Origin: Octopus sinensis
Taxonomy: Eukaryota
Direction of reading: 5' to 3'
DNA: 64,000 bases
Assembly: GCF_006345805.1 (NCBI RefSeq)
Contig: NC_042997.1
Coordinates: forward strand, 122,450,001 to 122,514,000
This document shows positions 1 to 15,800 of the stretch, in pieces. A program made the translations under genes and the position numbers. Within the stretch, counting starts at the first letter, position 1, and each line of letters begins with the position of its first letter. Under the pieces are notes generated by a model. That model was not told the DNA's origin, made no database searches, and worked only from the letters and a program-made list of their open reading frames with translations.

Positions 1-762
1 TTGTTGATAATAGAAGTAAGAGATTTTACCGTAGCTTAAAATACATACTTGGATTTAATAACGAATGTAGTTGTACACGAAAAAAAATAAAGATAACTGA
101 AATATGTGTGTATGTTTCAAGGTGTAAGAGAATTAACTAAGCATGCAAGGAGATTGTCAGCCAAACAACCTGTTGTCACACTACAAACTTGCGCATGCCT
201 GCAAGCATAGTTGTGTGCTTAAGAACGTGTTGTCTCATATAGGAACGTACTCAGCTCTTCGATTTATGACACGACGTAGAGCAGGAGGTTCGTCATAAAG
301 AAGTGTAGGGAATTCTATCATATGATCGTATGTATTGATACTTTAGATGTGGAGGAGTCTCATGTGTGCAGTAAACAAGCATACACGCTTGTATGTAACC
401 ACATGGATTCAGTTAAGTAGGTAATTTAGTAAAGGGGGTGATACATTAAATGATAGATTAAAAATGCATAAAGACAGATTTACGAAACAAATGTTGACAC
501 GTGCATCAGGAACTATTGCAGAAAAAAAATGAATTAAATTTGAATAAAGTTGACAACCAGTTCTAAGTATATTTATCTCAAAATATATATAATTGTATTC
601 AAAGTGATATTCTAAATAATTATATTAATGATATGAATAGTAAACTGTTTTAATGGCTAAAAATTCACAATGAGATGAAAGTTGGAATGGTAGGAAAAGA
701 TTGTATAATTTCTTGTATAGTGATGTATTTAAGTATCTACAGTTAGACGTGATTGCACATGG

Positions 763-797
<35 letters not shown>

Positions 798-1439
798 TGC
801 TTGAGAAAAGATGTGTTTAAACAGAAAACTAGAGAGGGAGAGAGAGATAATAATAATAATATATGGAAGCAACAGCAGCGAAATCTGATCAAGGAAGATA
901 AGTGTGAGATTTTCAATTGTATTTACCCTAAATTATTTACCAGAGTAACGAAAAGAACAAGTATGACCAATATGAGGAAGAAAATAATACAAATATACCG
1001 GCATTTTAAAATATTGGAATGTCTTTAAAATAATGACATTAATGAAAATGATAATTATTTCCTTACGTTAGAAATCTGTGTGAGTGATTTAGAATAGGAA
1101 AATGTACTGAAGATTGTGTTAATGGCTAAACAGCAACAAGGTGGGAGTTGTAATGGGAAGAAAAAATTGTATATTTTAGACTATGTTGATCTGTTTAAGT
1201 GTCTATATTTATATAGATGTGCGTGCACATGGGTATATGTTTAAGAAGTGTTTGAACGGAAAGAGAGAGGGAGTGAAATAAATTGAGAGAGAGAGAGAGA
1301 GAGAGAGGAGAGAAGGAGAGAGAGAGAAATATATAAATAATTGTTATCCAGAATAATTTATCATAAAAATATATAAAATATTTCTATATTTATATTAGTG
1401 GAAATACTCTTAATTTATATCGCAAACCTTTCTTATTTA

Positions 1440-2950
1440 TCAAATATACTTTCACTTTCCGTTTGTTTGTATTTTTTTTTAATTATATTTTGAATGCATG
1501 TTTGGATTTTAGTGTTGGTGTGTGCGCGCGTATGTGTGTGTTGAATAGGTGTTATGGCTATATCACCGCTGTTATTATTACAAGAATACTTGTTGTATAT
1601 GTTATGTTTGAAGTGTTTGGAGTGTATTATTTTGTATTTTTTTTTTTATATTTTCTTTCTTTGTTTCTTTGACAGGCCACTGTTATATTTGTAGTTTTTG
1701 GTGGTACAAGTTTCGCTTGGATGCATCTGTATGCATGCGTCGTCTGGTTGTTGGAACTAAGGTTTACATCCTCGAAATCATTTCGAATATATATCCAATA
1801 ATTTTGCGGTTGCAATGATATTATAAGAAATTTTCGGCTCCACACCGGGTCGTAGGTGGTTCTGTTGGGTAAATTCTCGGTTGCCGTGTTGTACGACGGC
1901 AGAAAAACGCCAGCGTGCTGATTCTACCATTTAGTAAGTAGATACCGCTCGTAACGACCACAGACATGTGTAGTTGGTTTACAACGACAGTTGCTTTACA
2001 AAAGGAAGAGGGTGAAAGAGAGAGGAAAACAACTGGGGTGAAAGGAAGGAGGAAGTGGTAGATAGAGAGTGGGAGAGATCGAAGTGAAAGACGAACAGCT
2101 AAAGTTGGAGAGGGAAAGAGAGAAGGAAGAAGAACGGGAGAGTAAAGAGATAGTCTTGAAAGTACAGAGAAAATTTGGTGAGTAGGAAGCGACGAGAAGA
2201 CAGAACTAAGCGATGTGCACGAGTGTATTCCCATGTATGCAGCAGCGGTGCGTGCGTGTGTAGCGATGTATGCAAGCGTGAGAGAAAGAAAGAGTAAGAG
2301 AATGGAAGCTGGAAACAAATTTCGACAAGGAAAAACAGAGTGCAGTTGAGGGAAGATTTATCAATAATGGAACCAACTATGTTCTCGGCTGTGTGGATGC
2401 ATGGGTGTACTTATGATTGTACGCGTATGTGCACACCTATGTGCGTTTGTGTATGTGTGAGTGCGGAGATAATGTCGACAGATATATACTGACTGCACTA
2501 ACGACAGTGAGGAATAGGAGAATATCTAGAGATGTAAAAGAAGAGTGTGTGGGTGAAAGACGGAGGAAATAAAGAAATAGTAATAGGATGAGAGAGAGGA
2601 GACGGGGGCAGTGGAACTGGAAAAACAGGGGATCGAGTTAGAGTTGGAGAAGGAGACAGAGAAGTTATCATCAAATGAGAAGCTGGAATACGGGCTGAAC
2701 GTAGCAAACGAATGCACGCATGCGCCACGTTTGCTGACCGTTTTAGGTTTGAAGTAAGCGCATCGCTTTCACAAATCTAAGGAAACGAAGATATCTATAG
2801 ATCTCTGGAAAGAAGCAACAACAACAACAAAAACCAAGGGCAACAACAAGTTAAATATTTCAGCGTAAAAGAGAAGGGGACAGCCGGGAAAATGAAAGAG
2901 TGGGGAGTTGCAAACTGCCGAAAGAAATTTTATTTCGAAAACAACAACAA
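1440..2950. promoter_or_regulatory. Possible promoter/5'UTR-like non-repeat region
   Basis: Non-repeat stretch richer in CpG than its surroundings, with GA/CT-rich tracts, (CAA)n and an NRF1/Ewg-like motif CACGCATGCGCC near 2715. No convincing coding exon found. Confidence 0.2.
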
Positions 2951-3349
2951 AAAAAAGAGGTATTTAAAAATGAAAAACAGTTATGGAACATGGTGTTAAA
3001 GTGAGGATGACGACACAAATTCGGCCATATTTTAATTAGTGGTATCATAACTTGAAGAGACCATCAATCGTTATACAGACATGTGACTATATTCTTCTTG
3101 ACTAATCCTATCACTTCTATTCTGCTTCTAGAAATATTTTTGTTCTCTCACTATTTTACAAATCTATCTATCTATGCATCTATGTATTTCGCTATATCAC
3201 TAAATCTCTCTCATACTCTTTTTCTCTATGTCTCTATGCGTGTGCAAACACCAGTGTGTTCTATATAAACATATATACATAAACTGTTTGCATTGTATGA
3301 GAGCAAGCATATCTAAATGTATGTACGTGTGTATATGATTTTAGTATGA

Positions 3350-4099
<750 letters not shown>

Positions 4100-4960
4100 A
4101 ATAAACATATCTGTGTGTATGAGTATGTGTTATTTTCATTTCAACAATTTTGCTTTTATGCCACTACAAACTCTACATAGCTGAACGACTACGATAAGTT
4201 GGCAGCAGCGCGGCAGAATCAGTTACACAGTGAATATGACATGTCATATTTAGTTATTTCCCTTTACGTTTAGTGTTCAAATCTTAACGACGTCGAATTT
4301 GCACTTTCACTTTTCTAAATTATATTCCACTTGTGCACATTTCTTTTATTTCACACTAGATACAGTAAAATTGCACGACATTGTTATATCATGGAAAAAT
4401 AATTTCGTAGATAGGTATGTCAACCTAGAATTGAAGTTGGTGTTGTGATTTTGATCTATGTTTTTTCTTCGCTAGAAGACTATTTGATTCTGTATAGGAA
4501 TACATATGCGTATATTAGCATAATGGGAAAATGAGATGCAAATTAGATACATTCATAAGATGTTGCTACAAAAACAAGTCGTTGAATATAGTGTGTGTGA
4601 TGATTTTGTTACCATTACTGCTACGGTAATCATTTGAAGCACTAGATCCCCCCCTCTCTCTCTCTCTCTCTCAGGAACACGCACACATATATATATGTTT
4701 ATATATATGTTCATACATATAGATAGACAGGTTGTTATATAGGTAAATAGCTAGATACACGCATTTCTATACAGTTAAGTGTACAGGTATGTGTAAATTA
4801 ATTCAGCACTCGTGAACATATACATCCATATTCATACACACAAAGATGTGTACACAATTCTTCTTTATCTCTGTTTATTTAGATCTATCTGTATATATAT
4901 ATATATATATTTTCACACACTCACTCAAATGTCTGTGCGTGTGCTCACGCACGTTTGTGC

Positions 4961-4991
<31 letters not shown>

Positions 4992-5020
4992 TATATATAT
5001 ATATACACACATACATATAC

Positions 5021-5051
<31 letters not shown>

Positions 5052-5279
5052 TGTATACACATATATGTATATACATTTATATATACATACACATGATATA
5101 TATATATATAATGCCTATAGAGTCACACTTGTACGAGTATTTATATTAGTATAATGAAATATATAATAGTAAGAAATATGGATTCGGGCATTTATTGTAA
5201 CTTTGGAATTGTAACAACGGATTTAAATAGGAATAGGCGGGGAATGGGTACTCTCGCAGTAGCAATGCATGGATACACG

Positions 5280-5312
<33 letters not shown>

Positions 5313-5615
5313 TATTTGTAAAGATATTGAAAGAATAATCGACTATATACAGAACATATATAAAATACAAAGCGGTTAGTTCTAACTGCAGACAGAACAT
5401 GATTATGGCAAGGAACACGTACATCAGTTTAAATATATTTACTTAACTGGTATTCATTCAAAATACGTGCATGCGTGCAATATTATTCTAATACTTCATT
5501 GCTTAACATAACTCAGTATACATTTAAACATATAATGAATTCCTGCTTATATAAATATAAATGTATATATACTCATGTGATATATAGATTGAGAAACATA
5601 TAGGCATATTCAAGG

Positions 5616-5819
<204 letters not shown>

Positions 5820-6086
5820 CTAAAGCGCATACAAGTGCAGTGTTACGAAAAAACCCATCATCCAGAAGAAAGCAACCTCAGAAGATGTTTGCTGCGAAAT
5901 GGGTACACATTCACGGTGATGCCCCAGCATGACTGACACACAAAATAATATAAATTTATGTTTGCATATGCATAAATATTTATGATGATATTTTATTATA
6001 TACAGTATATATATATATATATATATTTATATAATGTATGAACATACAACTGTGTATGGATATGTATATGCTTGAGTGTATGCGCG

Positions 6087-6134
<48 letters not shown>

Positions 6135-6189
6135 TACAGATGGTTGTACATGTGCATGTAGATACGGTTTTATGGCAATTTTTTTTACA

Positions 6190-6225
<36 letters not shown>

Positions 6226-6877
6226 TAGATTGATAGATACATACATAGTCATACACACGCACAGACACACATTATATATATATATATATATTAATTATAA
6301 CAATTCCTAAAGACTCCAGGCACATCAACAGAAAATGGCTAGGTACAAATACATAGTGCTCTTGGTCAAATGAAACATTGTAGACTTCAAGTACTCGCAG
6401 GATACTGTACATCTGTAAGTATTCATGTTTTAACCCTCGACCTGCTTTGCCAGTGGATCCTTAGTGTGTCGCACATACAAGATAGTTAGCAGGATTGGTA
6501 TTTTGAATTTTCGACACCTGCTTCGGTAGAAGTCTCTTTAATATAATGCAGTACATCATCATCAGGTAAAATTTTATCGGTTTAAAATTTTAGATGATGT
6601 TGAGCTACATCTTTTGATGCAATCTGTGACGACTGTTTTTAATAAAATTCTATCGAAACAGCTGTTGTGAATTTTAAACAGCATTCGTGTTTACTGACAT
6701 TTATATAGGTTTTTAGTGGATTAGTTCCCCTTTATTATTCAAGATGACGACTGTATTGTTGACTATAATTATGTCGTTGAATTTTCTGATAACTTGCTTA
6801 CAACTTTGAACTTAATACACTTGTAAAAGTTTAATATTTTCTTAATTCGTCTAGGCAGATTCAGGCACAAAATATAT

Positions 6878-7278
6878 TCATTTCTACTATAGGAACAGGG
6901 CCCGCAGTTTCGGGGGAGGGAACCAGTCAATTAGATCGACCCCAGTAGGCAAATGGTACTTAATGTATCGATGAAATGCTAAGTCGACCTCAGAACGTAA
7001 AAACAAACGAAATACCGCTCAGCATTTCACTAGACATACTAACGTTTCTTATTTCTTTACTGCCCACAAGGGGCTACACACAGAAAGGACAAACATGGAC
7101 AAATGGATTAAGTCGATTATATCGACCCCAGTGCGTAACTGGTACTTATTTAATCGACCCCGAAATGATGAAAGGCAAAGTCGACCTCGGCGGAATATGA
7201 ACTCAGAACGTAACGGCAGACGAAATACGGCTACGCATTTCACCCGGCGTGCTAACGCTTCTGTCAGCTCACCGCCTT
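6878..7278 (-). mobile_element. tRNA-derived SINE family B, head-to-tail dimer
   Basis: The minus strand starts GGCGGTGAGCTGACAGAAGCGTTAGCACG (A-box-like), has B box GAGTTCATATTCC and the central CTTTCATCATTTCGGGGTCGATTAAATAAGTACCAG. The second unit joins at about 7048. Same family as 22876 and 62833. Confidence 0.9.
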
Positions 7279-9619
7279 AGACACAAAATGTATCAGTTGC
7301 TGAACTGTACAACAAAATATAGTAACTGTTCTCTTTTACGACGACAGAGTATTCACCACTGTATCTTTGGCACGCAGGAACTTGTGAGGCCATTGTTATG
7401 ACACGTTGTATCATGTTAGTCAAAAGGACCCAAACTTTTGAGACTAAACCAAGCCACTGGCTTTGTTTCTACATTCAGCGAACAAGCTGCTGATTGATGT
7501 TAATATCTGCCATCCAATGAAAAGCCGTGTATTCGCTGTAGTTATAAATAAAGACAAAGACTTGATTTAGGCTCAAAGGCCCGGGTACTTCTGGCTCACG
7601 ATGCAGAAGGCGTCGAAAAGCTGTTGAGCTAGAATCATGTGCAACAGCCAGTCAATTTATTTTGAAAACACAGTCGTCGTAAAACACAGTGATGATTACG
7701 TTTAGCGCTTGGCCCGGCAAAGATGCATTAAGAAAATGCAAATATTCGTTCAATATCACGCTCTACACAAATAACGAGGTTTTATATTTTCAATTTGTAC
7801 TACAAAAAAGTTCTTGTAAAACTGCATATACAAATAAAACCAGATTGTGATGCCTTTTTAACAGTCAATATTTTGCTGTATCTCCTTATAGCTTGATGTT
7901 CGATGTCATGTACAACATGACGAATACGCATGAGGAATCGCTAGTCACACATTCCAACTGGAACTGAAGGTGAATCTAGGAAGACTGTAGAACAACTGTT
8001 TCTTTTCTATCAATGTTCGAAGATAACGTTAGTGAGATTAAGGCGTTTGTAAGCAGTTACAGTTTTTAAATACTATTTTTTTACCCACTTCATTTCAAGT
8101 TTACTCTCGCAACACGAAAATTGGTTCATTGGAACCAGCTGTGCAGAATAATGAAGAATATTTAAAATAAAATCCTTTCTAATTCTCATTACATACAAAT
8201 TTGATTTTGTCTTTAATTTCATCCTCTCTTTTTTTTTTTTTTTACATAAATACTGTTTGTTGTTTGAACTATCATACATTCACGTTCTTTTCTTTTTTAT
8301 TCATTTTCGGCAGACGAAGACCATCGATGATTATGATGACCCCTGATCAGAGACGTTTCAACCTTATCCTTACTAATAATACCATATAGTATGTATTTTT
8401 TTTTACTAAATAACGAGACCGTAATTTCTATGAAAGAGTAACTGACTTTAAATAAAGCATTTCTATAAATAAATTTTGTTAACGATATCATTCTTTAAAA
8501 TAAAAATTGTTTTATATTATTAGAATAGTTAAGTCTTTTTCTTAAATGCTTTTTGCATACGATAAACTATTTTGTAGTTTTGGTTCCAATTCGTCATATT
8601 GAAGACAGCTGTGTGAACAATCCTTATAACACAGGATAAAATTTCGTACGGATTTATTGCTCGATATTCACACGAGAATATAACAAGGAAGTCAGGTCAA
8701 AGATATATTTTTGTACCATTGATTTAACTTGTTTCTTTAAATATGAAAACACTTAATTATGTTAATCTTCAAAAATTGAGTTATTGCTCTTTGCGGCATA
8801 AATGGGCAGAAACCGGATTGTGAAACTTGAACTTCCTCGAAGTTTTAAAGGTATCATAATTGTTAAAACGTTACTGTTTTAATACGAATGTATTAATAAC
8901 TTCAATTATCTTTAATAATTGTAAACCTGAGTGAAAATTTGAATTATATGACAAATCAGCTTAGTTGAATTTTGTGCTGGACATGAAATAAACTAGAAAG
9001 AATAAAGCAATTTCTTGTTTTGTAACACTGTATATTGATTCAGTTATTTAAGCAAGACAAGAGCTTTAAAAGGTTTATCAAGGGGAAATTTGTATAATAA
9101 TTTTACCAGATTTCAGTGTCTTTTAAATCGAACCTGAGGGAAGTACAATCACATACAGATGTCTCTTATAAAGATTACAAATACATGAAAAATTATGGAA
9201 GCAAGTTCCATAAACTAAAGGAGCCAACACGCTACCGATCAGTTTTGTTCAAAGTCAAGAATTCTTAGCAACACCATTGCATTAGCTATTTCCAGTTATT
9301 TATAACTGAATCGGTCGACCAAAGCAATCAATCTTATCGAATACTTCACTGATATTTATTCAGTCAACCGCAATAATTGCGGGTCCAGCATATCCTTTTC
9401 AAAATACATTAACGATTTTGTGATTAGAACATATCGCAAATAACGTCATTAAGCTGATGTCAAATTTTATAGATTATTTATAATCTAAGATTTCTGATTT
9501 ATATATTAAGATTTTCCAAATGTCAGAGATTCAAGTCATCGGATTAGATTGTGTATGTACGTAAGATTCGTTTGTATATTTATATAGAAGAATTGTTAAA
9601 AACGGACAAACAATGCCCT

Positions 9620-9780
9620 ACGGCATTTGCTCTGGTTGTTCACATTCAGAGTTCAAAAGACTGAGATTAATTTTGCCAATCATCCATTCAGAGCCATTGA
9701 AATCAGTGCTAATCAAATACTGGGGTTAATGGTATCAACTAGTCACCATCTCTTAAAAATGCAGGTCTGCTGTTTATATT
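9620..9780 (+). mobile_element. Old, highly diverged family B-like SINE
   Basis: CAGAGTTCAAA B-box remnant, then CCATCCATTCAGAG...AAATACTGGGGTTAATG in the same order as family B. Confidence 0.45.
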
Positions 9781-12060
9781 AGAAAACATTAATGCTTTTG
9801 TGCTTCAATATTTAAGACATCTTACAGTTATCTACTTTTCAAATATCTTCTCACTATCGAACTCGCTTTCCTTCTTTTCCTTTGCATCAAAAATCTTCAA
9901 TAAATGTATTGTCAAATTCCTAGGCAAATAATTTGAGTTCTTTGGTATATAACATAGCTGTAACCAGTGTTTTTTTTAAATTCTAAATTCTTATCATCTC
10001 AGCGTCTTCAGGCATATCCTACATATTTCTCTCTTTTGTCCATCACAGAAATTTGAGAAGAATACCAAAATATTAACAGAAATATACACATATGCGTTCC
10101 ATTTACAGTTTTATCGATTTTTACAAAAAGAAAGAACTTGGTATATAGACTGCATCTCTATAGATTCTTCTAACAATGTCATCTCATAGGGAAACATGAG
10201 AAACATAGAGGATTAATTATTTATTTAAATGTGTTGTATTTTCATGTTATATTCTAACAAAGAAATCTGTTGAATGGCAGACACAGCAGAACGAGGGATT
10301 ATAAGATCGTCACTATTTGTTTACTTGGATTTCCATTCTCATTAACAAACTCCAGAATCAACTTCCGTGGTCTTCCATTGCGGATCAATAGAATGAGTCC
10401 AGTCATGTACAGAAGCAAAATCAATCAACCATAACCACCATGCACATTTGTGCAAATCAATATTGCATATGCAGACACTAACATACAGACTCATAAACAA
10501 ACACGCAATATTCAAGGTCTTGTGTCTGTTCATTGTGCAGAAATCCATATTTTCTTCATCAAGCGACAGCAGACTGTTAAAAATGGTACTGCGTCCAGCA
10601 GAATGCTTCACGCAATTGAAATATAATTTTTTACGTTCTAATCTTATATTGTGCCGGTGACTAATTTGATATTTGTCATTTGGGAGTTGATAATGATACC
10701 ATAAGAATATTTTAATGGTTTCTTCAAAAATTCCAGAACGACAAATGATAACCCACATGAAACCTAGTGTCTAAGGAATCACGTTTAGTATTGATGGAGA
10801 GGAATACTATCTGCTATCTATGACCCAAACAGAGTGTCAGTATGATTGAATTCCTTTAAAACTATCTCAATTAGGACATTGGAGATGTCTTATATAGCGT
10901 AGTCGCTTCTGTAAAATATCTCTGTATCGAGCTGAGACTAAATTTATATAATTTCTAGACATGTCTCATTACAAAGATATAGTAATTTTCAATAAGATTT
11001 AACAGTTTTCTTTAGTGTAAACATTTAGAATCCTTAACAGGAAGTATTCTAAGCTGCCGCTATTTACTCCTCAAAACGTTATAAACCAGTTATCATATTT
11101 CTAGGACATCACATTTTTTCTAAAAAAAACTATACCAATGTGTGTATGTATATATGAGAAGGGGTTCGTGAGGCAACGTGTATACGGGTTTTAGGCTAGG
11201 TATTTTAACACATGCAGGGATTTCGTAGGCTGAACGACAACTACGTCTATCTAATGTGTTGATACTGCTAATTACTATATATCTAAAAAAAAAATCTTAC
11301 TCAACCGATCTTTTGCAATTTTCTCAGCGATTTTTCCAGGAGCGAGAGTCACTTCTGCGAAATTATGTCCAGCATTAAACACAAACACACACGTGTGTAC
11401 GTGCGTGTGTTACCATAACAATCTCTTATGATGCATTTTCAGGAGGAATTGACGCTATAACGTGTATATACAGTAGTTTAGTCAAGAAGAGTTATTAATC
11501 TGAAAAGATAACTACTTCCGTCACTTTAATAACGAATCACCTATTTCATACATTTCAATTTTGAGAGATCTAAGTTAATTGCTTGCATAGTCATTAAATG
11601 AATAATAAGCATGAATAACATTGGACTTCATTATATGCTAGACCCAACGGCACCATGACACAACGAAGCAAAATGTATTGGCATAATAGCAAGTCATAAT
11701 ACTTTAACATGTTGGCTTCCCGCGTAAATGAAAAGGGTCGAGAGAGCCCTTGAGTTAGTAAAATGAAATTCAGCTATGTTCGAGAGTTGATTTGAATGCA
11801 TGTATGTTGTTGTAACTTTATAGATATAAATGTGTTTCCGTAGGTCTGTCAAAAATTAAATAAATTAGAAATACATACAAAACGGTGCAAATTTAGAGCA
11901 GAAACCTATCAAACCGCTATATAAACAGTGCTTAGAGTGGTATAATTTAGTATCCTCCTTCTCCCCTACTAAGACTTCACAACAACCTCGAACCCATAAT
12001 AATAAACAAGACAGACAGACACAGGCAAAAATAAGGAAAATGCCACTTGTATTTGAACGC

Positions 12061-12460
12061 TACTCTTTACTTGTTTCAGTCGTTTGACTGTGGCCATCCT
12101 GGAGCACCGCCTTTAGTCTAACATATTCGACCTCAGGACTTATTCTTTGTAAGCCTAGTATTTATTCTATCCGTCTCTTTGGCCGAACCGCTAAGTTACG
12201 GGCAATTAAACACCCCAGCATCGGATGCCAACCGATGTTGGTGGGGGAAAACACAGACACACAAATATATACGCACACGAAATACATATATACATACATA
12301 CGACGGGCTTCTTTTAGTTTCCGTCTACAAAATCCACTCACAAGGCTTTGGTCGGCCCGAGGCTATAATAGAAGGCACTTGCCGAACGTGCCACGCAGTG
12401 GGACTGAACCCAGAACCATGTGGTTCGTAAGCAAGCTACGTACTACTCAGCCGCTCCTTG
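12061..12460 (-). mobile_element. tRNA-derived CORE-like SINE family A, full length
   Basis: Minus strand: tRNA-like head with B box GGTTCAGTCCC, CORE-like GGCAAGTGCCTTCTATTATAGCCTCGGGCCGACC, short internal TA/TG repeat, and 3' tail GGCGGTGCTCCAGGATGGCCACAGTCAAACGACTGAAAC. Resembles the octopus OR1/OR2-type SINEs; exact family not verified. Confidence 0.9.
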
Positions 12461-12820
12461 CAAATATTAAAAAAAAATCTTTTCTTTTAATTTTTCCAAA
12501 ATTTAATTGTTCTCCATATTTACAGTTGAAAAAGTCTCAATGACTGAAACCGGTACTGAAATGTTTTGTATAAAATTATTTTAGCATTTTCTATCTTGGA
12601 TTTTTTCCATATATATGTATGTATGTGTGTGTTTGCGCGCGCTAACTGTTATTAACTAGTTTCGCTTTACCAAATGCCCCGAGAGCGTTATGGAAAATCA
12701 TTAAAGACAAACTTTTTCATGACGAAGTTGTATAATATCAGATTTAATTAAGGCTATTATTTACTCCACCATATGTCTTGAATAATATGTGCCACTGGGT
12801 CTAGAACGTAAATATATATA

Positions 12821-14947
<2,127 letters not shown>

Positions 14948-15122
14948 ATGTTAAAGTGGAGAGGAATATCATTGCTCCGTGTGATCGGCTTCTAAAATTC
15001 AGTTAAGCTAATTTTCTTAGTATGAAACCAATCGTTGCCTTAATACAAAAACAAAGAAATTCTTCCACCAATGCAGTATTGAGCACTGCTTCTCGTTGTT
15101 CGACATTTACGTGTGTGTGTGA

Positions 15123-15169
<47 letters not shown>

Positions 15170-15248
15170 CAGCTCTATATTTAAGAGATGAGGAATTATG
15201 CACATTATTTACATTCGACGGATATTTGTCATTATCTTGTTAGTTGTT

Positions 15249-15294
15249 AACACAACATTTCAGCTGATATAACCTCCAGCCTTTTTCAGATGTC
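15249..15294 (-). ncRNA. Degenerate type I hammerhead ribozyme (family 1)
   Basis: GACAT-CTGAAAA-A-GGCTG...CAGCT-GAAAT-GTT-GTGTT. Two core deviations relative to the 15536 copy. Confidence 0.6.
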
Positions 15295-15535
15295 TTTGGG
15301 GAAATTTCGAACCTGGATTCTAATTCCTAAGGTATTCTTCAATGTTGTTACCATTATCATTATGATCATTATTATTATTATTCGGTCACTGCCTGGAATC
15401 GAACTCGGAATCCAGGGTTTTAGTAGCCCACGCACTTAACCACTACACTGAATAATATTAATGATGATGATAATAATAACAACATCATCAAAAAATACCT
15501 TAGGAATGAGAACCTAGGTTCGAAACATTCCCCAA

Positions 15536-15581
15536 GACACCTGATGAAGGCTGGAGGGTCTATAATCCGAAACGTCGTGTT
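15536..15581 (+). ncRNA. Type I hammerhead ribozyme (family 1)
   Basis: Stem I GACAC/GTGTT, core CTGATGA plus an extra A, weakened stem II (GGCTG...AATCC), GAAAC, palindromic stem III ACGT, cleavage triplet GTC. Confidence 0.8.
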
Positions 15582-15753
15582 AACAACAACAAACAAGATG
15601 ACGAATTTCCGTCAAATATAAATAATGTAAATAATATGTGTGTTTACGTACACACACATAGATACACATACATACACACACACATATACATACACACAAA
15701 TACATACACACACATACACATACACGCACATATACACATACATACACACACAT

Positions 15754-15800
<47 letters not shown>

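Larger units (their letters stand above)
15167..15640. mobile_element. tRNA-headed, hammerhead-bearing element in head-to-head inverted arrangement
   Basis: The left arm (minus, 15450 down to 15167) reads tRNA-like head GTGTAGTGGTTAAG...GAGTTCGATTCC, then (ATA)n, then a body with a degenerate HHR. The right arm (plus, 15451-15640) is the reverse complement of the same body without the head. Confidence 0.85.

Noticed and set aside
1821-2318. 165-aa minus-strand ORF
   Set aside because: Leu/Ser/Pro bias explained by CT-rich low-complexity DNA; no domain or splice support.
8335-8370. CTGATCAG / GAAACGTC hammerhead-like words
   Set aside because: Wrong order and strand combination, and no flanking stems.
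9380-9470. Possible ancient RT motif (KYINDF...) and a similar GDTKLG at about 16850-16880 (minus)
   Set aside because: Matches are only a few residues with no extendable frame; not supportable without a profile search.
15395-15450. tRNA genes at SINE heads (also 12400-12460, 18128, 22876, 51906)
   Set aside because: A and B boxes are present but there is no complete cloverleaf or acceptor stem, and each continues into a repeat body.
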